From Geotalea uraniireducens Rf4 (GTDB lineage: Bacteria > Desulfobacterota > Desulfuromonadia > Geobacterales > Geobacteraceae): 32,000 bases of DNA. Both the position numbers and the translations under genes were made by a program. The notes beneath the pieces are model-generated. The model searched no databases. It had not been told where the DNA came from and saw only the letters and a list, made by a program, of their open reading frames with translations. Location: NCBI RefSeq assembly GCF_000016745.1, contig NC_009483.1:3990001-4022000 (forward strand), given 5' to 3'. Below are positions 8,803 to 16,543 of the stretch, one piece after another (position 1 is the first letter of the stretch; every line of letters starts with the position of its first letter).

Positions 8803-9681
8803 CTACTTCTCCTTCAACTGCTTGTAAGCCCGTTCAACATTGGTGTTCAGAAAGATCTTGTAGCCGGGCAACGCTTCATAGTTGGGGAGGCGGAAAGCTT
8901 TTTTTGTTTGCTCCAGGGTTTCACCCTTTTCCACATGGCGCAACACCTCCGTAAGGAAATCCTTGAAGAACAGTCTGAACTGAGTTATTCCCGCACTATT
9001 GGTCACCTTTCCCGAACCGGGTATGACAATACGCGCATCGATCCCTTCCATCATCTCCAGATCGAGAACCCATTCCCGCATGTGGCCATCCCCCATATAA
9101 CCATCCACATCATAAAAAAACAGGTCCGAGGTAAAGAGCACCTTCTCTTCGGGGAGATAGACAATCACATCCCCCTCACTATGCCCGAGGTCGGTATTGC
9201 TCAATACTATCGTCATTTTGCCACGACCCAGGGTGAGCCCCTTATCGAAAAACATCACCGGGTTCTTTAACTCCCGATAGCCCTCTTTCAATGATCGCCA
9301 TGTCTGCCAGGAAGTGATGATCTCGACATTAGCCGGGAAATCGTAATCGATGTAATTGTAGCCGCGGTGATGATGGGTAAGGATAACTGCCTTCAGGGGG
9401 GCGGTGGTGATCTTTGCCGCCTCGGCACTCAGCTCCTTGATCACCTCCGGCGTAAAATGGGCGCCGGCCAGTATCACCTGGGCATTGGCGACGATGATCA
9501 TGGCGTTGCTGTTGGCCTTCCCCTTTGGAAGGGCAATGGCGGCAAATACGCCATCCGCAACCTTTTGCACCGCAAAGTTTTTTACATTGTTGGAGTTATT
9601 GCCGTTAATGGCGGCAGGTGCCGGCATGGCGACGAGGCAAACTATTAACAGCAAAAACACAAAGGAGAACAGTCTGTTCAT
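8803..9681 (-). CDS. Secreted MBL-fold metallo-hydrolase
   Basis: Signal peptide, an LTHHHRGYNY metal motif (degenerate HxHxDH) and later H/D ligand positions (GHSEGD, TSDLFF). The family call rests on motif pattern only. Confidence 0.65.
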   Translation of the reverse strand: MNRLFSFVFLLLIVCLVAMPAPAAINGNNSNNVKNFAVQKVADGVFAAIALPKGKANSNAMIIVANAQVILAGAHFTPEVIKELSAEAAKITTAPLKAVILTHHHRGYNYIDYDFPANVEIITSWQTWRSLKEGYRELKNPVMFFDKGLTLGRGKMTIVLSNTDLGHSEGDVIVYLPEEKVLFTSDLFFYDVDGYMGDGHMREWVLDLEMMEGIDARIVIPGSGKVTNSAGITQFRLFFKDFLTEVLRHVEKGETLEQTKKAFRLPNYEALPGYKIFLNTNVERAYKQLKEK

Positions 9682-9778
9682 GGAAGCTCCGGTTTTTTCT
9701 TGTATCTTAGCAAAACCAACCGAGAAATGACAGCCCCTGCTTTCATCTCGTCAGACTGCATGAACGAAACATTAAACC

Positions 9779-9807
9779 TTGAGTTAAGAAGAAAAATAGT
9801 GTATTTA
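9779..9807 (+). promoter_or_regulatory. Candidate sigma-70 promoter of tRNA-Arg (TTGAGT, 17-nt spacer, TATTTA)
   Basis: -35 at 9779-9784, 17-nt spacer, -10 at 9802-9807, placing the predicted TSS a few nt before the tRNA 5' end. Confidence 0.5.
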
Positions 9808-9818
9808 TAAAAATTCGC

Positions 9819-9895
9819 GGGCGGTTAGCTCAGTTGGATAGAGTACAGGCCTCCGAAGCCTGGGGTCGTGGGTTCGAATCCCATGCCGCCCGCCA
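9819..9895 (+). tRNA. tRNA-Arg (anticodon CCG), 77 nt with encoded CCA
   Basis: Folded by hand. Acceptor GGGCGGU/GCCGCCC, D arm GCUC-AGUUGGAUA-GAGU, anticodon stem CAGGC/GCCUG with loop CUCCGAA, T arm GUGGG-UUCGAAU-CCCAU, discriminator G, CCA. Confidence 0.93.
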
Positions 9896-9907
9896 GTTGA
9901 AAACAAT

Positions 9908-9936
9908 GGGTTACGGTAAAGCCGTAACCCTTTTTT
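9908..9936 (+). terminator. Rho-independent terminator after tRNA-Arg
   Basis: Stem GGGTTACGG / CCGTAACCC followed by T6. Confidence 0.8.
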
Positions 9937-10045
9937 CGTTTCTTGGCGCTGAATCCGCGAATCACCAACCGCAGCGGCTGTCGTCGGCTGCCCCACCTTC
10001 CCTTCCATCAAAATTGTATTTTGCAGCATAGTAAGTCCAAAAAAT

Positions 10046-10456
10046 ATGGACATACTATGCTTAAATATTGCTTTATCGTTCGCGGCGCGTGAAACTGCTG
10101 AGCACGCTCCCCAGCCTTTCGCCGGCAAGATGCATGCACTGCTCTTCCGCAAGTGGAAGAACCGCGTAAAAGGGAGGGATTGGTACGACCTTGTCTGGTA
10201 TGCTGCCAATCACCCGCAGCTCAATCTTGCCCATCTGGAGCAACGGATGCGACAGACTGGCCATTGGACCGGCGATCAGACGCTTTCGCCGGCTGCCTTC
10301 AGGGAGCTGCTGAGCGAGGGAATCGACCGTCTTGATGTTGACCAGGCACGCCGGGACGTGGCGCCATTCGTCCAAGACCAAGGACTGCTGGCAATCTGGT
10401 CCCGTGATTTTTTCCTGGATGTGGTTGGCAGAATACAGTTAGTGGATGAAAAATAG
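10046..10456 (+). pseudogene. 5'-truncated nucleotidyltransferase AbiEii/AbiGii-family toxin fragment (C-terminal half only)
   Basis: FAGKMHALLFRKWKNRVKGRDWYDLVWY...LNLAHLEQRM matches the C-terminal part of AbiEii (DUF1814) proteins as I recall them. The N-terminal nucleotidyltransferase core is missing and there is no AbiEi partner. The nominal ATG sits inside a 13-bp-stem hairpin (10026-10060). Confidence 0.6.
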
Positions 10457-10571
10457 TAAGACTTACGTAACTATTCAGCACGGCGAAGTAACGGACTGGT
10501 TTTCAGGAGCGTGGGCATCCTGCCCGTGTTTCGGGCGGGCTTATGCCCGAATACGGTTTGCGCTTGCATAT

Positions 10572-10677
10572 TCAACGCCTTCCAGCGTCAGATATTGTGA
10601 AACGCGCGCCCACCTGCACCGACAATTCGAGCGGTCCGCCGTGCTCAACGCCTCCCGGCGTCAGATATTGTGAAACT
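10572..10677 (+). repeat. Two 32-nt direct repeats (30/32 identical) separated by 42 nt, with CRISPR-repeat-like anatomy
   Basis: The copies are TCAACGCCTTCCAGCGTCAGATATTGTGAAAC (10572-10603) and TCAACGCCTCCCGGCGTCAGATATTGTGAAAC (10646-10677). Each has an internal small hairpin (ACGCC-TCCC-GGCGT in copy 2) and an ATTGTGAAAC 3' end. There is no third copy and no cas gene in the window. Confidence 0.8.
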
Positions 10678-10833
10678 GCCGTTGTGGGTTGGGTAGTGTA
10701 GGGGCAGGTGCGGGCAAATCCTGCTTAGAGCACCATAAAGCGCATAACCATGATCAACCGGAACCGTTTTCCCCTGTACCGGAAATGCCAAATCAATGAC
10801 CTGAGTATCCACAGATAGATTCTCCTTTCTTCT

Positions 10834-11655
10834 TTATTTACCCTTCAGCTTCTTACCCTGCGGCTCCACCAGGTAATTCTCAGGCGTCACAACCTTCGCG
10901 CCGGTTTCAACCTCCAGTTTCTTCCGCGCATCCCCGGCAATCCGGCCACCCTTGTGCGCGGCCACCTTATTCTCGCCGAACCCTTGCGCATCCTTTTTGC
11001 GGGCGATCTCGGTCGTCGCCGCTTCACCCAGCATGGAAAAAATCAGCTCCAGGTCGGTCATGTGGTCCCGCAGGTTTTCCCGTTTCAGCCCCTTCAGCTT
11101 CTTGTACTCTCCGGGAGTAAGCCCAAAAGCGGCCTTGGATATCTCCGCCGTCAGGATGGCATACTCAGGCTCCCCCTTCACATTGCGCTGCCGCCATTCG
11201 TCGGTCAGCTCCGCCCGAATGGCAATGCCGCGCATCCGTTTCTCAATCCAGGCTTCGGAATACCCCTTGGCGCGGTACAACTCCTTGGTCCGCTTAGTGG
11301 CCAACTCCGGGTCCTCGATTTCCTGCACCCGCTCGTAGCCGACTTTCGCCAGCCAGCGTTTGAACGGCTCGGCCTTGGGAGAGGGTATGGACTGTATAAT
11401 GCGAAAGATGCCTTCGGTGTTGGCGCAAAGCATCCGTTGCGCCCCGCCCGACGTTTCAATCGAAAGGGTATGTACAATATGTACCCACCCTTTGCCAAGT
11501 TCCGGATCGCGCTGCTTCATCCGCTGAATGTACTGTTTTGGGTCTTTCGAATCGATCAGGGCAAGCACTACATCCTCGACCACAAACCACCACTCGTCGT
11601 TGTGCAGCGTCCGCCGGATTTTCTTGTCCTTAAAGACCACCAGCTTTGTATCCAT
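10834..11655 (-). CDS. BRO-N domain protein, DinD-like (DNA-damage-inducible protein D / prophage antirepressor-like family)
   Basis: The N-terminus FKDKKIRRTLHNDEWWFVVEDVVLAL follows the BRO-N pattern. The C-terminal half (LTDEW...YAILT...NLRDHMT..EL...LGE...) resembles DinD-type proteins from memory. The ATG at 11655 lies 6 nt after RBS GGAGG; the track's 11658 start is a TTG. Confidence 0.65.
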   Translation of the reverse strand: MDTKLVVFKDKKIRRTLHNDEWWFVVEDVVLALIDSKDPKQYIQRMKQRDPELGKGWVHIVHTLSIETSGGAQRMLCANTEGIFRIIQSIPSPKAEPFKRWLAKVGYERVQEIEDPELATKRTKELYRAKGYSEAWIEKRMRGIAIRAELTDEWRQRNVKGEPEYAILTAEISKAAFGLTPGEYKKLKGLKRENLRDHMTDLELIFSMLGEAATTEIARKKDAQGFGENKVAAHKGGRIAGDARKKLEVETGAKVVTPENYLVEPQGKKLKGK

Positions 11656-11733
11656 CAATCGCCTCCGTTTCTCTCCCGTGACAGCACTCTACCACCCCAC
11701 CTCGGACATCCGGTGTCCTACATGAAAATATTT

Positions 11734-12705
11734 TCAACCCTTCTTGTACAACTCCGCCATCCGCCCAATCTCCGCCATGATTTCATCGCGCAATTCCACC
11801 GGCTCGACCACCTCAACATCTGCACCGAACTGGAGGATGCGGAGCTTCACTTCACGGAAGTCGGCAACTGCGAAGCTAAGGAGGAGTGAGCCGTCCGCCA
11901 GTTCCTCCACGCTTTGCTCAACATGCCACAGTTCGTCGCGCACCCAGCGGGCGCGGAAGGGGTTGAACCGCAGCACCACGCGCACCGATGCCCCCCCTTG
12001 GAAAATGCCGAAAGCCCCCCCAAGCTGTTCCTGCCACTCTGACGCCGGGCGGGGGGTGAACGGCTGGGCGGAAAGCCTAACCTCATGCATCCGGCCAAGG
12101 TGAAACTTGCGCCAGTCGTCTCGGTCGAGACAGCGGGCCAGGAGCACCCAGCCGCCCATGTAGTGCTGTAGATGATGGGGTTCGACGAGACGTTCCGTGT
12201 GCGCGTTGGTGGAGGGGGCGAAATAGTGGAAGGCGAGCTGCCGCCGCTGCACCAGGGCATCGGCGACAATGCGGAATGTTTCGGCCTCGGCGGGAGCAAA
12301 ACCGTGCCAGACGGCGGAGAAGGCCTCGTTGACCCTGGCTTCGGAGAGGCCGAAGGAGCCGGTGGCGGCGAACAGCTTGCGGCCGAAGGAGCGGATGGAG
12401 TGGCTGATCACCCCGGAGGCAGCGCCGGCAAGGAGGTTCTGCGCCAGGAGAACGGCGAGGAGCTCGTTTTGGGCGACCTCGAAGGGGGGAAGGGCGAAAC
12501 CGCTCTCGGTGTAGTAATAGCCTTTGCGGTGGGAATCGTAATCCAGCGGCGCGCCGAGCCGGTCACGCATGAAATCGATGGTGCGCTGGGCGGTCTTGGC
12601 GGAGATTTCGAAACGGCGGGCGAGGCAATTGGCATTGGGAAAGGCTCCGCGACGAACTTCACTATCAAACCAGTAATAACGTTCGAATTTGAGATGGTCA
12701 GCCAT
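11734..12705 (-). CDS. HTH-WYL-WCX transcriptional regulator
   Basis: The likely start is the ATG at 12705 (MADHLKFERYYW...). The N-terminal wHTH is LARRFEISAKTAQRTIDFMRDRLGAPL. The central WYL-type segment is ERLVEPHHLQHYMGGWVLLARC..DDWRKFHLGRM. The C-terminal extension is typical of WYL regulators. It lies 78 nt upstream of, and co-oriented with, the BRO-N gene. Confidence 0.8.
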   Translation of the reverse strand: MADHLKFERYYWFDSEVRRGAFPNANCLARRFEISAKTAQRTIDFMRDRLGAPLDYDSHRKGYYYTESGFALPPFEVAQNELLAVLLAQNLLAGAASGVISHSIRSFGRKLFAATGSFGLSEARVNEAFSAVWHGFAPAEAETFRIVADALVQRRQLAFHYFAPSTNAHTERLVEPHHLQHYMGGWVLLARCLDRDDWRKFHLGRMHEVRLSAQPFTPRPASEWQEQLGGAFGIFQGGASVRVVLRFNPFRARWVRDELWHVEQSVEELADGSLLLSFAVADFREVKLRILQFGADVEVVEPVELRDEIMAEIGRMAELYKKG

Positions 12706-12801
12706 GCCGACTCCACCGAGACCCCACCATGTCACCCTGCATTTTTCGTAGTGGCACACGCCCTCCTGTCCGCTAAAATCCAAATTCCCAAGAACCAGCA
12801 C

Positions 12802-12836
12802 AAAAAAACCGCCCGATCGTCTTCGACAATGGCGGC
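12802..12836 (-). terminator. Candidate rho-independent terminator (minus strand) upstream of the WYL gene
   Basis: The minus strand reads GCCGCC-AUU-GUCG-AAGA-CGAU-CGG-GCGG followed by U7. It would insulate the WYL operon from read-through coming from the efflux operon. Confidence 0.5.
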
Positions 12837-12946
12837 TTCAGATGCTGCAATGTGCGGTCGTCAGGATCACCCCCAACTCCTAGGAAATCATAATAATTGA
12901 GTTCTCACCTGTAATACACTCCAAACCAGAGGGCGTCAACGGTTTT

Positions 12947-13099
12947 ATGAACAAAACGGAATATAAGGTCGTAGTTCTTATTGAACGGATGGAAGGACAG
13001 AGCGTGACAGTGTGCCGGGAATTTCAAGGTCACAATACTCTATTCCCTGTCAAGCCAGATGAAGCCATTTCCCGTCACGCCATAACTATTCTTCAATAG
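12947..13099 (+). CDS. Possible 50-aa HicB/DUF1902-like mini-ORF (below the ORF-track cut-off)
   Basis: Hand-translated as MNKTEYKVVVLIERMEGQSVTVCREFQGHNTLFPVKPDEAISRHAITILQ*. The pattern loosely resembles a HicB N-terminal fold (beta-strand, G, vPdlpGc, eEA). There is no convincing RBS. Confidence 0.25.
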   Translation: MNKTEYKVVVLIERMEGQSVTVCREFQGHNTLFPVKPDEAISRHAITILQ

Positions 13100-13107
13100 C
13101 CGCCCTA

Positions 13108-13323
13108 TCAGGCCTGGTGCCTGATGTCTCGAAATATCCGGTATGCAAGCAACACAAAGGGCCAGGCGTGCCAAAACAGGTCAAAGATATCGATCGGCTT
13201 TTTCAGCGTGCCGGCCATCAACATCTTCATCTTTTCCACGATATGAGGCTGAGGATAAAATGGCGCAAAGCCAAGGAGCAGCACAACCGGGATGAGAAAC
13301 TTGTAGTCGAGCAGATTTTTCAT
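13108..13323 (-). CDS. Small membrane protein (71 aa), last gene of the efflux operon
   Basis: Two hydrophobic segments (FLIPVVLLLGFAPFY, WHAWPFVLLAY). RBS GGGAG lies 6 nt before the ATG, and the gene starts 14 nt after the upstream methyltransferase stop. Confidence 0.6.
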   Translation of the reverse strand: MKNLLDYKFLIPVVLLLGFAPFYPQPHIVEKMKMLMAGTLKKPIDIFDLFWHAWPFVLLAYRIFRDIRHQA

Positions 13324-13337
13324 GATTGCTCCCGTCT

Positions 13338-14018
13338 TTAATATGGCCGCAGCACATTCAGTCGCCGGTCGGCATCAAGGATAATCCCTTCAGCAGTCCG
13401 ATGCATATGGAGAAAACCCCTGACTTCATCCACAAAAGATTGCGGCTTTTGACGGTATTCCGCCAGCATGCTGACAAAGAAATCCTCTTCATCGTCAAAC
13501 CGGAACAGAGTGCGAAAGTGTATCGTCTCTTCCACGGTCCAGCCGGCCAGGGTGTGCATGGCGCGAATGGCCGCTTCCTTGGCAGGCCGCTCATTGCCGC
13601 TCCCAGCCCCGAATCGCTCCTTTGCCTCGGTAAACGAACCGCCATCACCTGGCTCGACAACGACAATGACCCCATCTTTGCGGAGAAGGCCGGCTGCCGT
13701 GTGCAGGCTACCGGACATTTCTTCAACAGGGACATGGTGCAGAGAGAGGGTGTAGATAACCATGTCGAAGCTCCCAGGGGGGAGATCCGGCACGCCGGTC
13801 TGATCCTGCATGAACGTCACATTGTCCGCGACAATGGTGGCCCGTGCTGTTTCGAGTGCCGCAGCATCGGGGTCGGTGGCTACAACCCGCTCGGCATGCT
13901 TCGCCAGGTCCTGCGTGATCCGCCCCTTGCCGCACCCTATTTCGAGCACTTCCTTGCCGCCAAGATCGCACCTGGACAGAATAGCGGCTATATAACGGTT
14001 TGTCGGGTCCTGGATCAC
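13338..14018 (-). CDS. Class I SAM-dependent methyltransferase
   Basis: Motif I is VLEIGCGKGRIT. The probable start is the GTG at 14018, which overlaps the upstream stop as GTGA and follows RBS GAGGGGGG by 6 nt. The ORF-track start at 14036 is also a GTG. Confidence 0.8.
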   Translation of the reverse strand: MIQDPTNRYIAAILSRCDLGGKEVLEIGCGKGRITQDLAKHAERVVATDPDAAALETARATIVADNVTFMQDQTGVPDLPPGSFDMVIYTLSLHHVPVEEMSGSLHTAAGLLRKDGVIVVVEPGDGGSFTEAKERFGAGSGNERPAKEAAIRAMHTLAGWTVEETIHFRTLFRFDDEEDFFVSMLAEYRQKPQSFVDEVRGFLHMHRTAEGIILDADRRLNVLRPY

Positions 14019-14629
14019 CTGTATCCCCCCTCGCACACACCTGGCTTGACAGCCAGTATTTGCACCACCGATGCCGGGCCGGTATGCCCTCGCCCCTCCC
14101 GCACCTGCCGTTCAATCTGCACGGCATGGACAAATTCCAGTCCGGCAAGTTCCCGTTCCAACTCATCCAGCGACATGAGCATATCCAGGGACTTGGGCCC
14201 GCCGGTGCCGTAGGCGAGCTGCTCCTTGCTGAACGCCTCCAGCACGAAGACCCCGCCGGGCGCAAGCCCCTGCACGGCCGCACGATGGAGCGGAATGCGG
14301 ATTGCCGGGTGCAAGTGGCAATAACAGGCGATGATCCCGTCCCACTGTCCCGGCTTTATCACAAACTCGCTCAGATCAGCATGTATCGTGGTAATGGCGA
14401 CACCGCGCTCCATTGCCAGGTCCACGGCCTTTCGCAGCCCCACTTCCGATCCGTCAATCCCGGTCACCCGGTATCCCAGTGATGCCAGATACACGGCGTT
14501 TCTCCCTTCTCCCTCCGCAAGGGACAGAATCTTTCCTTGCGGAATCCTGTCGACTATCGATACGAGAAATTCATTCGGGGCAGTGCCGTAGGTAAACCCC
14601 GGTTCGCTGTAACGTTCATCCCAGTTCAT
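14015..14629 (-). CDS. Class I SAM-dependent methyltransferase (TehB/TPMT-like small-molecule type)
   Basis: MNWDERYSEPGFTYGTAPNEFL... with motif I ILSLAEGEGRNAVYLASLGYRVTGID. It overlaps the ATPase gene end by 14 nt. Confidence 0.8.
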   Translation of the reverse strand: MNWDERYSEPGFTYGTAPNEFLVSIVDRIPQGKILSLAEGEGRNAVYLASLGYRVTGIDGSEVGLRKAVDLAMERGVAITTIHADLSEFVIKPGQWDGIIACYCHLHPAIRIPLHRAAVQGLAPGGVFVLEAFSKEQLAYGTGGPKSLDMLMSLDELERELAGLEFVHAVQIERQVREGRGHTGPASVVQILAVKPGVCEGGYR

Positions 14630-15338
14630 GGTTTCCTGTCACCTCCAGGTTATTCTTTTCGCCGGCAATGCGGCCGTCGCTCACATGGAATATCCGGTCG
14701 AACCCTTCCACCATCCGGTGGTCATGGGTGACGACCAGGATGGCTGAATGGTTTTCCACCGCCAGTTTCTTCAGGAGCGTCATGACGTTTTTGCCGTTCC
14801 CGGTGTCCAGCGCCGCGGTCGGTTCGTCGGCAAGGATCACCTTCGGCCTGTTGGCCAAAGCCCGCGCGATCGCCACCCTCTGCGCTTCCCCACCTGAAAG
14901 GGCAGAGGGGTAGTTGTTCAGCCGATGCCCCAGGTTCAACGTGGTGAGGAGTTCCTCGGCCCTTTCCCTGGCCTCTGATCGCGGCAGGTGGTTTATCTCC
15001 AGCGCCACCATCACGTTTTCCATGGCGGTCAAAAACGGGATAAGGTTATGGGCCTGGAAGATGAAGCCGAGCTTTTCCCGGCGAATCCGCTTCAGGTCCA
15101 GCCCCGGCCGCCATCCTTCATCGGCGACGACTGTGCCGTCAATGACCACCTTGCCGCGGGTCGGTTCGTTGATCAGGCCGATGGAGGTGAGAAGCGTGGT
15201 TTTCCCGGACCCCGACGGACCGAGAATGGCGACCAACTCCCCCGGCTTGACCTGGAAGGTGGCATCAGAGATGGCCGTAACCATCGTCTCCCCTTTGCCG
15301 TATATTTTTGTCAGTCCAGCCACTTCTATGGCAAACAT
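14616..15338 (-). CDS. ABC transporter ATP-binding protein (MacB/DevA/LolD-type)
   Basis: Walker A GPSGSGKTT, signature LSGGEAQR, Walker B ILADEPT, H-loop VVTHD. Confidence 0.92.
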   Translation of the reverse strand: MFAIEVAGLTKIYGKGETMVTAISDATFQVKPGELVAILGPSGSGKTTLLTSIGLINEPTRGKVVIDGTVVADEGWRPGLDLKRIRREKLGFIFQAHNLIPFLTAMENVMVALEINHLPRSEARERAEELLTTLNLGHRLNNYPSALSGGEAQRVAIARALANRPKVILADEPTAALDTGNGKNVMTLLKKLAVENHSAILVVTHDHRMVEGFDRIFHVSDGRIAGEKNNLEVTGNHELG

Positions 15339-15340
15339 GT

Positions 15341-16543
15341 TTACCCTCCCAAGGCTTCCGCGGGCTCAACCCGGAGCGCCTTCCTGATCCCGACAAAGCT
15401 GGAAATCACACAGATGGCCATGACTATGGCGAAGAGTGACCGCAGGTCGCCGGACTCAAGGACGATCCGGCGGGGAAAGTGTTCGTAGGTCAAGAGTATC
15501 ACGAAATAACCGATGCCGTAGGCGATGCCACCCATGAGCAGCGACTGCTGGAGGATCATGCCGACGATCACCCGGTTCGGGGAACCGATCAGCTTCAGGG
15601 TTGCGATGACCCTGATCTTGTCGAGGGTCGAGGTGTAAATGATCAGGGCGATGATGACCGCCGAAATGACGAGCAGGATGACCCGGAAAAGCCCCAGCTG
15701 CATCCTGGCCTTTTCGATCATCCCCTTGGTCAGGATCTTTGTCTGCTCTTCGCCGGAAATGGCGCGGAAATGGTTCCAGCGGCCGATCCGTTGCTGCACT
15801 TCCTGCAGATCCGCGCCGGGCGCCAGTTTTGCCACGACGGTATTTACCGTGTGGGTGGATTCCGTAATTCCCGATATGTTATTTTGCAGGGACTTCACCT
15901 GCGACGGAGAAAGGGACTGTATGCCGGCAACCCTCGCACCGGTTCTCTGCCGATCGTTTCTGATCGCATCGTTGTCTTTCTTGAACTGGATATCCTGGGC
16001 GTCGGCCAGGCTCACATAGGCGGCCGGATCGCCGCTGGACGAAACCATTTTACCCGTTATCCCGACCACTGTGTAGTCATGGAGCCCCAGATGGATTTTT
16101 TCTCCAAGCGCCATCTTCATACCCTTGGCAACAACCATTTCATAGTGCTTCTGGCGGATGCCCCGTCCGGCAACTATTACCGGCGGCCCGCCGAAACCGT
16201 TCAAATCGTGGCCGATGAGGAAAAAGCGGAACGGCTTACCCAGCCGCTCGATCTGGATCGTCTGGAAAGAAAGGGGCGATGCCTGTGCCACACCGGGAAC
16301 CGCAGCGATGCGGTATCTGATGTCTTCAGGGATGCGGGAGTTCTCGGCGAAGGGGCCGTTCGTATCCTGCTGGACCACCCAGATGTCGGCACTGGTGGCG
16401 CCGAGAACCGCCAGGGCATCTGCGAAGAGCCCCCGGTAAATGCCCCCCATGCTCATCACCACGCCGAGGAGTAGACCCAGGCCGATGGAGGTGAGGATGA
16501 ATCGTCCCCGGTGATAGCTTATGTCGCGGATAGCCAGGTTCAT
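15341..16543 (-). CDS. ABC transporter permease, FtsX/MacB-like (DevC-type) with a large periplasmic domain
   Basis: The start at ATG 16543 (MNLAIRDISYHRGRFILTSIGL...) overlaps the hlyD stop as ATGA. There is an N-terminal TM, a periplasmic domain of about 250 aa, and three C-terminal TMs. The track's longer N-terminus is Arg/Gly-rich and implausible. Confidence 0.85.
   Translation of the reverse strand: MNLAIRDISYHRGRFILTSIGLGLLLGVVMSMGGIYRGLFADALAVLGATSADIWVVQQDTNGPFAENSRIPEDIRYRIAAVPGVAQASPLSFQTIQIERLGKPFRFFLIGHDLNGFGGPPVIVAGRGIRQKHYEMVVAKGMKMALGEKIHLGLHDYTVVGITGKMVSSSGDPAAYVSLADAQDIQFKKDNDAIRNDRQRTGARVAGIQSLSPSQVKSLQNNISGITESTHTVNTVVAKLAPGADLQEVQQRIGRWNHFRAISGEEQTKILTKGMIEKARMQLGLFRVILLVISAVIIALIIYTSTLDKIRVIATLKLIGSPNRVIVGMILQQSLLMGGIAYGIGYFVILLTYEHFPRRIVLESGDLRSLFAIVMAICVISSFVGIRKALRVEPAEALGG

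Noticed and set aside
10572-10677. Calling a bona fide CRISPR array.
   Set aside because: There are only two repeats, no AT-rich leader and no cas genes in 32 kb. It is reported instead as an orphan repeat pair of uncertain nature.
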